The notes under the pieces were generated by a model that was not told the DNA's origin, did no database searches, and worked only from the letters and a program-made list of their open reading frames with translations. The position numbers and the translations under genes are program-made. This document shows positions 13,702 to 25,602 of a stretch of 64,000 nt of DNA, piece by piece; the stretch's first letter is position 1; every line of letters begins with the position of its first letter. Source of the stretch: Laetmonice hystrix (Eukaryota); the NCBI GenBank assembly GCA_965235115.1, contig OZ249436.1, forward strand, positions 28,212,001 through 28,276,000, given 5' to 3'.

Positions 13702-16049
13702 ACTACAGTCCTAAAATGGAGACTTTCAGTGATTTCCATAGAAAGAAAACTTGGAATCTGATGCGTGCACATTGTGCAATATGAAAGCGTGGCCAGCTCT
13801 ATCCGCCTCTATCCGGCTCTATCCCGCTCTGACGGAGTTGCCCGCCAGCTGCGACGTATTTTTCTCCCCTGTTTTATGAGCCGCTCTCTATACCCTTGCA
13901 ATGGGAAGAAACAACGTCCTAAGGGCAATGTTGCCTCGTGTACAGTGCACCTTGTTGTTTTAAATGCATTGTGGATAATTAAACTTTGGTAAAAAAAGAC
14001 ACAAACAGAGAATGGCTTTCTGAATGCTTACCTATCCAACACAGAACCACATACTGAAGTATTGTTCCTTCACAGTACGTTTCCCTCTCTGACAACGATC
14101 TTACCCGCTGGGCTAAACTTAAGTGACCTTTCATTACTTCCTGTTTTTAATTATTTATTTATTTTCTTAACCACATCATCAAATTCGCCCCTGGGAGATG
14201 TCTTTAGGGGTTTCCATATCAAACATCTGAAGAATGAAAATCATTCATAACCCGTGTTTGTCTTATCTTATGCGGCGCCACGTCTGCAGCCCAAGTCATG
14301 ATGTCTTACCAGACGTCCGGCTTATATCAGACTTACGTCCTAACATATTCTGTCAGATGCTGAGTGGTTTTCCTCATGGCCAACTCGACTGAACACCACC
14401 AAATTGATGCCATGCAGGAGAGCGCCCTGTTTGCGTTACGCAGGCCCCTCAGAGAACATGCAGTGGAACCATCAGCGCTGCCAGTGGTGAGACGGTATGA
14501 CACATAAACTAACACCTCTCACACTTCTCCGACGTGTCCGCTTAATGGGATCAGATTCGCCCTTTACAACAAGTGAAGTCTTTGAAACGTTCTCACTTCG
14601 GGATCGGTGGAGGGTTGGGGGTGAGTAGGGGTGGGGGTGAGTGTGTGTGTGGGGGGGGGGGGGTACATTGACGGGCCTACTTGATAGGATTGAATTTTCG
14701 GTGTCATGCGGTATGTCTCCTAATACTGTTCAAGGTGCGGTAATTAAGGGGTAGAACCGATGGGCATGTTTGCTAACATTCATACCAAATGGTATTTTAG
14801 AAACATAAAACAATTCACAAGATCAAGCCTATATTGCTGCGTCGAAGCCACTCCCTTTGGTCATATTCCAATTCAGGAACTCATCAAAATATGAACCAAG
14901 CGATCCACTTCAGAGATCGATCAACAAACGGTTATTAAGAATACGTTTCACTTTTTTTTGGCATAAACTTCAACTTTCGCAGTCTTCTTGACCAAATGTT
15001 AAGAGGATCTTTTTGACTTGGAAATTTTAAACTGAGGTGAAACGTTTTGTCTGTACTTTCTATAGACAAGAAACCTTAGCGAAATCTTTGTTATAAGTAA
15101 CAAATTACTGGCTGTTTTCGCAAGAACTCTTTCTTGGCGGCACGCATACACGCATGGGCGCAATATTATGTGTAAAATTGCTGATCACCGATAAATGATA
15201 CCGATGGCAATCTCCTGGTTGGACAATAATGGTTGATACGGGCTAAACACATCGCTGAAATAACCGGCAACTGAGAGCTTTCTGATGTTAAGTTTTATGG
15301 CATGCTTGTGCTGTGATCCATTCCACCGTTACCGCTCTATACTTTGCCCCACCCCGCGGTCCGCCCATAACGTAGCAGGCCTAACTTCTCTCTCACACCG
15401 GGAGGCTGTCAATGGAAGTAACACCCGGCTGACCCATCAGCCCATCAACTCCGCACTCAATCTGACCTCTCAGCGGTTTCTCACGTCGTCCTTCTTTGTC
15501 ATCAAAGTGCTACAAATTTTACCTCAAACTTAGACGTAAAAAAACGGCATTTACAAAACCATTCATCAATGTCGTGACTGGCACCAAGTCAATGGGATTT
15601 ACCTATCCAATATATCAGTCTCTTCAGTCAGAGAAAATGGTTGCATTCAATCCACCTGCCATGATCTTCTGACACACTTTGACGTTTATTTTATTTTTAT
15701 TTATTTTTTATTTTCAATTTTTTTTGAAAGCACCGATTCGTCCCCACCCATCGGAGATGATTGTAGTAACATCAACAATATTACCCCCCATTTCTGTAAC
15801 GGTCAATAACGTTTGATTGCGCCCTCCAAGTCTCTCTTTTTTTCACGAACTGCTATAAAGTTAGTGAACCCTGAGCCTGCCGAGTCCCGGTACGTTTTAT
15901 ATCTCGGCTGTAGCGGCCGTCCGCCTATGTCGTTTAATGATATGCTCTATAACGGTGGGTGTACGTGTACCTGGTTTGTTAACACCACTAAAACTAAACC
16001 GGATCTGCCATATACAAAACACAGTCAACTATGAAAACTATGAAACTAT

Positions 16050-16504
16050 GAAATTTTGTGATAGTATTGAAATGATACAGAAGCGAGCTTTTAGAGTAAT
16101 ATATCCCGGGACCACGTACCACCAGGTACTCATTGATGTAAACCTACCAATGTTGTTGAACAGACGGAAAGATCTATGTAAGAAGTATTTTAACGAAATG
16201 ACGAAGCCATCACATAAACTAAACCATCTGGTACCAGAAGTAAGATCCATACCATATTCTTTGCGAGAATCTAATATTTACCCACTAATTAAGGCAAGAA
16301 CAAATAGATTTAATAATTCCCTTATTCCGTGGGCTTTACGCAATTACCAATGTGAACAATAACCGTTTTTGAATGTATATAATTCTTTTTTTTTTCTTAT
16401 GTATTATGTACTGTGTATTAAGTATTATGTACACATATGTATGTTATCTTAATCCAACCTTACGGTTGCAAATAAAAACATAAAAAAAACTTATCTTATC
16501 TTAA
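16050..16504 (+). mobile_element. 5'-truncated non-LTR retrotransposon (CR1/L2/Crack group): ORF2 C-terminus, 3' UTR and tail
   Basis: IEMIQKRAFRVI...LPMLLNRRKDLC...HKLNHLVP...YSLR...RTNRFNNSLIP resembles the post-RT C-terminus of CR1-group LINEs; short 3' UTR with a small hairpin (CAACC-TTAC-GGTTG), AATAAA and a (CTTAT)n tail. Confidence 0.8.
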
Positions 16505-18379
16505 AACATGTTATATAGTCTTAACCAAGTTTTTTTAAGAGTTAGAAAAAAATCAGCCCTCGGTCGATTGATTATTAAGAAGTCTGCATGTTCTTGACAA
16601 CAGGTCGAAATTCTAGGGGGGGGGGGATTTGAGGACTGCATTTAAGGCACCTAGAATCTTACAAACACCACCTGCTAAAACGGGTGGTACTCGTCTGCTA
16701 GTATTCCTAACATTATAGAACGTCGTTCGTACAAATATTTTCTAGAATTCATTCCATCACATCTTTATTAAACGCTGGACATGTTCTGAGGTTTAACGTG
16801 AGATTTAACGAGAGATAGAAATCTCTTGTTTAACCTGTGTCCATTTCCACTGAAATAGAAAACTTTTTCTATTCGAGTATATCAGGGAACTCTAAGTTTC
16901 TCTCCAGTTTGTCAATTTACCGGGATTAATGGATAAGTTATCCTACACCGTCCCAGTTTAATGAGGAGAACTATGCTGCTCTCAAACTTACTGACAGGGA
17001 GCCCCACGTTTTCCTCTGCCCCCACAGTTCCAGGAAGATTGAATCTCATGACCATGTTGTCTTCCTTCACTATAAGATACGCCTGAGGCAACGTGAACCA
17101 TTCTGCCGTATGTAAACAGACCATCTGGCCTTGTGCGTATACCATCCATGGTTGTCAGTGCCAGCAATTGGCTTTCCACCTATCTCGATGGTTCTTTTTT
17201 CTTTTACTTCAAAGGTGAAGCACGTACATGAGGGGCTGGGTTCTGGAGGTGGAACTGTGTCATCAGACTAGAAGTTTTCTGATAAGATTCTTCAGCTCTT
17301 ATCAATTCCTCCGCCCTTGTACCTCTCTCCGACATATATCATCCATACGTCCCCGGTAAACATATTACCCGTAGTATGATTCTCTGTCGGCGGGTACGTT
17401 TTGTCTTTCACTGTCAGTGGCACGGACTCAACGGGCCACAATCTCCCAACGTTTTGATTTATAAGGCCTGATTATTCGGCTCATCATTTTTTGTTTTTTC
17501 CCCTAGTATATGTTCATCATGATCAGATACGGCATACTGTTGTTACTGCCCGGCATGGGGGCGTAACGCAAACAAGTACGAGGGGGGAGGAGGGCAACGT
17601 CAGCCCGGGACAAGGCGAAAACATGTGCAAACACGTGTTGTCTGCTGATTGCTCCCCATGAAATCCTAATATCAGGATAAACATGTCATCAAACACTCCA
17701 GGCTTCCTCCACGCTCCCCGGGAAAGCCACTTCTCCAGTGACCATTGAGGTATGTAACCTGATCCCCAATGTCTCCCCCTCCTCCTGTGCTCCAGTATGC
17801 CTGAGCACTAGTTGGGTGGACTTTATCTTGGTAGAATCTAGCCACATATTAAGTATGATGCCAGTCTTCCTGTCAAGTAAACTGCAGTAGGGGGAAGTTT
17901 TCGCAGTCAACCTGAGCACTAGAAGATGAGCTACGTATGTCTGCCGCTGTATCAAGGTAACATTTTGAGGCCTCAGCAACCAAACGAACAACAGCACACT
18001 GGGATGGGGGATGCGAGCTCCCTGCTGAGCTCCCCCATTACATGATGGCGGGGTGCAAACAGTTGCCGCCGATTCTGGTAGCCCTGTCATCTCGGCAGGT
18101 GACATAGGAGATGGATGAAGAGGCGGAGGATGGCGGATTGGGTATACTGGGCCAAGCGGGCCCCGAGTTATGATGCCTCGCTGTTGGTATCATATCCTAT
18201 ACATGCATGGCTAACTGTTAGCCGTGCCTATTCCGCCCGTGTACCCGGTACCAGACCCCGGGAGTCAGCTCAGGTCTCGGTCCTGTACCGGGAAACACGG
18301 GTTGGCGGTCAGTCAGCTCGGCCGCGGCCGGGAATGGTCGGAATGGAGGCTCCAAGTGGCTCTGAACAGTGTGGCGCTA

Positions 18380-18411
18380 ATGATGATGACGATGATGATG
18401 ATGATGATGAT
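18380..18411. repeat. (GAT)n microsatellite
   Basis: Direct inspection. Confidence 0.95.
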
Positions 18412-19514
18412 GGCGATAAGGACTATGATGGATAGCGACTACATTATAAACTACGTTCCTATAACAGAGATCGGGAAATGACCAGCGAATGAATATATTC
18501 CCAAATTCAATAAATAAAATAATGTTATGGATTACTATGAACTGAACCTAGAATCCCTTCTATAGGCAAATTACTAACCACGGTAAATCACGTGACTTTG
18601 AGTCAGTAGAATACCTCTACATCACTTCACATAAATTTACTTTTTTTAAGTTTAAGTGAAAAATGAACGAAAAGGAAATCAGGAGTGACAGAAAGCAACG
18701 AAGAGGTGCAAGGAAAGATGGAAGAGCAAGGGTGCAATGGATGGAGGGGGAATAAATTCAAATGGGGGAAAAAAACTGTACGGGTACAACTTTATAAACA
18801 TCACATCTTCATAACTCCCTCTTGCAACCGATCATGTTGTGCCGCATATTACATTACGCCGAGAGCCTATGTGGTTTATATACGTGGCTGACAGGGTACG
18901 TGGGAGTCTGGTATAGGGTCCGTCCATCCTGGTACCCCCACCCACACCCCCACACCCCCACACCCCCACCCCTGCCGACCACACCCGGAAGCAGGACCCT
19001 GTAGAAGTCTGCACATTCCAACAACGTTCCAAACCCAGGCGCATGTTGTGGTGCGGGATTGCTGCGAGTACTTGGATCACGTGAACACGTCATATATCAC
19101 CACGACCGTGTTACCGGTATCTTCATAATAGAAACCTGACCTTGCTGCCACCGACTCGACCGGAGCCTCCGGTCTCGGCACCCTGCAGAGGTGACGCGAC
19201 CAGCAGGGCAAATGACGCCACGTAACCAGAAAAAAAGTGCTGCCACCCATCCTGGAAAAAATAACGCCGGCGTAAAGAAACGCCCCTCGTGAAGGAAATG
19301 ACGCGAGGCACTTACAGCGCTCCTAGTATGTAATGGTAAAATAACGCCACACAAGTGCAAACAATGCAAGGAAGCGGCGCAAATATTGCCCCCCCCCCCC
19401 CCAACACTTTCTCACAGGACAATCACAAAATAACGCCCCTATAGTTGGCCAAGAAACACAAGGGTAACTGGCGCCACCTATAACAGCACCATAATGACGA
19501 ATAACCCCACCTCA

Positions 19515-20421
19515 TACCCTCGTCACACTTATTCGGAATCAGCAAGAATCCAGCAGAACCAGCCGGAATGAAGAATTCTCAAAATTCGCGCCACATTCGG
19601 GAGGGAATTCTAAATTGACCAAAATTCTTACAGCTTTGTAAGAATGGCGTTAGAATACTTAGAATGCGCTTCGAACCCGCCTCGAATGATTCTTGCACAT
19701 TCCGGTTGTATTAGCTCTCGAATGTAGCTCGAATGTAGTTGGAACACAGTAGGAATATTTAGAATGCTCTTAGAATGCAGTCAGAATATTTAGAATGCAC
19801 CTCGAATGCCGTACGAGTGCGGTTCGATTGCTGCCCAAATACCGCCCGAAGTCTAGTTGGAAGGTGCCTCGAATGCTGTACGAATTCACCTCAAATACGG
19901 TCAGAACGCTCCCGGAATGGCCATCGAATATGATTCGAACGTCCAAAAATTAAAACAGAATGCAGCTCGAATACTTAGAATGCCCTTCGAATGTACTTAG
20001 AATGTAACATGAATGTCCCGAGTATAGATTCCGGCAGCAATCGAGATGCATTCGAGGTGCATTCCGGCTCATTCGAGGCGCATTCGGGACATTCTGACAG
20101 GATTTGAAGTGGCTTTTTTTGCCGTTTCGATTTTCCCTCGAATGCGATCAGAATGTTTCGAATGCTGTTGGAATGTCGTAAGAATATTTAGAATGCAGTC
20201 AGCGTGCATTTAGAATACACTTCGAATGCCGTTCGATATTTTTCCACTTCGAATGCACCTCGAAAGTTTTGAGCATGAGCAAAACATTCGGGCCGGCCAC
20301 AAGAATGGGCCCGAATATTTGGAATGCACCCAGAATGCAGTCAGAACTTTTAGAATGTACTTCGAATATCCAGGAATATAGCAAGAATTTTCATTCCGAC
20401 AGCATTCTGGCTCATTCCGCC
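19515..20421 (+). mobile_element. Non-autonomous DNA transposon (Harbinger-like?), GAATG-rich, right end missing
   Basis: Starts TACCCTCGTCACACT; near-identical reverse complement of 22236-23117; lacks the final ~17 bp present in the other copy. Confidence 0.7.
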
Positions 20422-20422
20422 C

Positions 20423-20838
20423 GCGCCACCTATCATGGTAAATAACCCCACCTAACATGGAACGTAGTAGCGCCACCTATATCATGTAAAATAACCCCGC
20501 CTAACATGGAAGGTATAGTAGCGCCACCTATCAAGGGATATAACCCCATCTAACATGGAAGGTATAGTAGCGCCACCTATCAAGGGATATAACCCCACCT
20601 AACATGGAAGTATAGTAGCGCCACCTATCATGGTAAATAACGCCACCCAACATGGAACGTAGTAGCGCCACCTATATCATGTAAAATAACCCCACCTAAC
20701 ATGGAAGGTATAGTAGCGCCACCTATCATGGTAAATAACCCCACCTAACATGGAAGGTATAGTAGCGCCACCTATCATGGTAAATAACCCCACTTAACAT
20801 GGAAGGTATAGTAGCGCCACCTATCATGGTAAATAACG
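20423..20838. repeat. Minisatellite, ~47-51 bp x 9, core AGTAGCGCCACCTAT
   Basis: GCGCCACCTAT at 20423, 20470, 20521, 20570, 20618, 20665, 20716, 20765 and 20814. Confidence 0.95.
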
Positions 20839-21874
20839 AACAGCAGAGAAAAAGTGCCAATGGCCTGGCAAACAACAAGTGCCGACAATGTTGTCCTCAG
20901 CTGGAAGTGACTGAGGACAAGAGTGAGCCCCTCTCCCATAAACACATCACTTCCAACTGTGCCTCGTTTCCACCCCAGGTCAGGCCCGAACTGTACCTCT
21001 GTGAACCGAGGTCAGTGCAGCTGAGGTCAACCTGTTCATCAAGGATACCAGTACACGAGGCGGCCCAACAACCATCACTTACCTGTAGACTTAATTATGA
21101 CTTCTAAGTCCATTGAAAACAATATGGGGTGATCAGAATTACCCCAAGAAATCTATCCTTTACACATAAGATAACACCGCGGATGCGGAAGTAAGGGATG
21201 TACCACAAAGCTATGGTGAAGGAGGAACCAGCATGATGTAAGATGCCAGATTGCTAAGGGCCAGACGGTCGACATCACCTTCCTCCGAGTTTTTATTCCA
21301 GATTTCTGGGTCAGAAAAAAAGACAGGATAATTCGCATCACGTTGTTTTTTTACGAGAGAGGGCTGGGAAAGTTGGCGGTATGGTTTATAGCTGGACATT
21401 CCATTAGGTCGAAGGACGCGCCTAATCATAAATATCCTACATAGTTGGACATCATAGAATAATGTCAGCAGGTCTGCTGGGTCTGTTAATCTTTTTATAA
21501 CCTCTCGATCCTCGCTTTACATTTCTACTCATAATTTGTAGTTAATCTCAGTGAAATCTTATTGAATTGTATTGGCGTATATGATTGAACCAGAGGCAAC
21601 GAAATGCAGTTTGTCATCCCGAATTGGTCGTATACTACTTGGAATCACATTGGAATATATTTAAAAGGTCCTTTCCTTTCCCAGTTTTGAAGTTCTTCAT
21701 TCAGGAAGTAGAGAAAATAGGATTTCGGGGGAATCTCGATCGTAATGCGACAAAAGGTCTTGGTAACGCATTTAGTGAGTAAAGGTTCCTAAAGACTTCA
21801 GTACCTTGCACTATTTTACTATTGCTTGCCTATTGTGACACGTTCACTGATATATTCTTCCCGATAGAGAATCA

Positions 21875-22183
21875 TGATGGCGCCACCTATAGCAATCCGA
21901 CAACGCCATGAGACATGTATGCAAATCTTTGTGGATGATGGCGCCACCTATAGCAATCCGACAACGCCATGAGACATGTATGCACTTCTTTGTGGATGAT
22001 GGCGCCACCTATAGCAATCCGACAACGCCATGAGACATGTATGCAAATCTTTGTGGATGATGGCGCCACCTATAGCAATCCGACAACGCCATGAGACATG
22101 TATGCAAATCTTTGTGGATGATGGCGCCACCTATAGCAATCCGACAACGCCATGAGACATGAGACATGCAAATCTTTGTGGAT
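21875..22183. repeat. Minisatellite, 61 bp x 5, core GATGGCGCCACCTATAG
   Basis: GCGCCACCTAT at 21880, 21941, 22002, 22063 and 22124. Confidence 0.95.
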
Positions 22184-22218
22184 TTCTGTCATTTTGATAC
22201 ATTCCTGTTTCAATCTGA

Positions 22219-23117
22219 TACCCTAGGCACACTAGAGGCGGAATGAGCCAGAATGCTGTCGGAATGAAAATTCTTGGTATATTCCTGGATATTCGAAGTG
22301 CATTCTAAAACTGCATTCTGAGTGCATTCCAAATATTCGGGCCCATTCTTGTGGCCGGCTCGAATGTTTTGCTCATGCTCAAAACTTTCGAGGTGCATTT
22401 GAAGGGGAAAAATATCGAACGGCATTCGAAGTGTATTCTAAATTCACTCTGACTGCATTCTAAATATTCTTACGACACTCCAACAGCATTCGAAACGTTC
22501 TGATCGCATTCGAGGGAGAATCGAAACGGCAAGCCACTTCAAATCCTGCCAGAATGTCCCGAATGGGCCTCGCATGAGCCGGAATGCACCTCGAATGCAT
22601 CTCGATTGCTGCCGGAATCTATACTCGGGACATTCGTGTTACATTCTAAGTACATTCGAAGTGCATTCTAAGTATTCGAGCTGCATTCTGTTTGAATTTT
22701 TGGACGTTCGAACCATATTCGGTGGCCATTCCGGGAGCGTTCTGACTGCATTTGAGGTGAATTCGTACAGCATTCGAGGCACCTTCCAACCAGACATCGG
22801 GCGGTATTTGGGCAGCAATCGAACCGCACTCGTACGGCATTCGAGGTGCATTCTAAATATTCTGACTGCATTCTAACAATATTCTAAATATTCCTACTGT
22901 GTTCCAACTACATTCGAGCTAATAACCCGGAATGTACAAGAATCATTTGAGGCGGGTTCGAAGCGCATTCTAAGTATTCGAACGCCATTCTTACAAAGCT
23001 GTAAGAATTCTGGTCAATTTGAAATTCCCTCCCGAATGTGGCGCGAATTTTGAGAATTCTTCATTTCGGCTGGTTCTGCTTGATTCCTGCTGATTCCGAA
23101 TAAGTGTGACGGGGGTA
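22219..23117 (-). mobile_element. Complete copy of the same non-autonomous DNA transposon
   Basis: Imperfect 15-bp TIRs TACCCTAGGCACACT ... AGTGTGACGGGGGTA; flanks TGA and TAA (TNA-type, not identical); internal CATTC/GAATG micro-repeats; no transposase ORF. Confidence 0.75.
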
Positions 23118-24739
23118 TAAGCTGGCAACATCATTTGTATACCGCAATATTCCTATCCAGTCTGTTTAAAGCTTTATCAATAATACAAGAGTCAAATCAA
23201 AAACGTTCTGAACACTTGTAAGGGGCAAGTCTGCAACACCTCGCAACATGTGGTTAAAATTACAAAATATTAAGTACACATTTCTGACGAAAGATTTCAC
23301 GTATCCCAGACCTTACATATAGAACTGTCAAGGAGAAAAAAATAACTTTAACCCCCCATGAATATAACTGTCAGTAAAAAGGTCCGCCACGGCAGAAGGG
23401 TTCCCACTGCTCCTTTACCCCCTTGTTCAGCAGTCCAGGTATGTTCCAGTGTCGGAATGAGTTTCAGGTGCAAGAGACCAGAAAGGGGATGGCGGGGGGG
23501 GGGGGTAGTTTTTGGGGGGAGTAGTTTTGTGGGAGTAGTTTACACGCATTCAGTGCAAACCGACCATGGATTGTGGCCGCTGAAACATGGCCTCAGTAAT
23601 AGGGAAAGCTATCGTGTTTCACGTATAGACATGCTGAGTTATGAGTGAAATACTGACCACTGTCAGCTCAGACAGGTATAGACTTAAATGTATCCCGGGG
23701 CTATGGCCGCAGACACAGGGAAAGATAGTTGTAAACGGACGTACGGACGGGCGGTCGGACGGACGTACGGCCGGGCGGTCGGACGGACGACGGGCCGGTG
23801 TAACAGAGTTCCCTAAAATGCAAGCCCGATTGATCTGTTATCCCTGAAACACAAGTCCGGCGGCCTGCATTCCTATGACTTGATGTTGTATAAATATTTC
23901 TTCATAATCTCAATCCTAACCCTAACTCTAAACCATTTGTGTTTTCTTAATTATATTGTCTTATACAACGAAGTTGATGACCTAGGACCTGCATATCCCT
24001 GGAATCTCCGCCGGACCTCCATTCCGGCCGACTTACATTCCTTTCACACCAGACGGACGGACAGACAAACAGTTCCCACAAACATGTATAACACCCAACA
24101 TGTTTTCATGGTCTACATACCGGAAACGCTGGGTTGTTTTTTGGGGCAATTTCGTAAACTTGCCAATTATTATATCTTACCCCCGTCTCTAAACAGAACA
24201 TAGTTGAAATTACCAATTCCATCACATGGCTATTTGTCGAATCCTTCTTCCAAGTGCTAAACATCAAACCAAGGACCATCAGCAAGTGAAAACTAATATT
24301 ACATAGTTCGCGTAAAGTACGATAAAGAAGACAGACTGGCTCAGTATTCAGGTAAGATCATAATGGCAGATAAAGTGAATGGCAGCGAATTTTTGAACAG
24401 ACATTTTTCATTTCTTAACTCCGAATACCTGACAGACCAATAAGATTACAAATCTGATACCTGAGTACTACTATACCAGTCTGATCGGTCTGACAAACCT
24501 GTCCAACAATCGGTTATGTCTGGACTCAGCCGCCTAGAGTGAAATATGAACATGAATACTTACTTGGCGATTTTACATGTATTTCTGTGACAGTTGGGGC
24601 CACACCAGATCACCGCCAGACAGTAGGTATTATCATATTGTCTGGATCCACTATTACTAAGGGCTGATCATACTGTCTTTTATATACTAGGCTAAGAGGA
24701 TTGTGTATAAAAGATTGTTGATAATCCCTGAGGTATACA

Positions 24740-25602
24740 TAAAGTGGTGATTATACCCGGATCTAGCATACAAAGCTGGGCATAACCTCAGAATCCAGCA
24801 TATAAAACTGGGCATAACCTCAGAATCCAGCATACAAAGCAGGGCATAACCTCGGAATCCAACATAGGTACAAGGTTAGTCCCAGACCTAGAAGTCAGCA
24901 TACAAGGCTGGTCATATCACATAGACCTGCCTGCTATAGTCTCGGTATACCCCTAGAGACAGCAGTTTCACAACCTGTCGTTAGCTTGTCGTATCGTAAA
25001 CACCAATGTATTTTCAATCGGGATTTTTACGTACGACAGGGTTACGATTGTTGTGAAACGGACTCCAGGTCATAACCTCAGAATCAAGCATACACGGCTG
25101 GTGATACACCTAGAAGTCAGCCTACAAGGCTGGTCATACCATAGAGACGTCTCGGGATACCCTTAGAGACAAGCATACATGGCTGGTCATAACCTCAGAA
25201 TCAAGCATACAAGTCTGGTGATACACCTAGAAGTCAGCATACATGGTTGGTCATAACCTCAAAATTATACAAGGGTGGTCATATCATAGAGACCGGCCTG
25301 CTAGTCTCGGGTACCCCTATAGAGACCAGCATATAAGGCTGGTCATAACCTCAGAATCCAGCATACAAGGCTGATCATACTTATAGAGACCAGCCTGCAA
25401 GACTCGGTATACCCCTTGAGACCAGCATACTTGGCTGGTCATAACCTCAGAATCCAACATAATTATGGTCATACCATAGTGATAGAGACCAGCAAGGTTG
25501 GTCATACCACAGTGATAGAGACCACAAGGCTGGGTATACCCCATAGAAACCAACATACAAGGCTGGGCATACCCCATAGAGACCAGCATGCAAGGCTGGG
25601 CT
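24740..25602. repeat. Degenerate ~30-bp minisatellite
   Basis: Recurrent CATAACCTCAGAATCCAGCATACAAGGCTGGT and CATAGAGACCAGCA variants. Confidence 0.85.

Noticed and set aside
17689..18435. GC-richer segment with 138-aa and 106-aa ORFs
   Set aside because: No recognisable domain or splice structure; the acidic tail comes from a (GAT)n microsatellite.
20423..22183. Arrays superficially resembling CRISPR
   Set aside because: The sequence between repeats is itself repeated (no unique spacers), there are no cas genes, and the context is eukaryotic.
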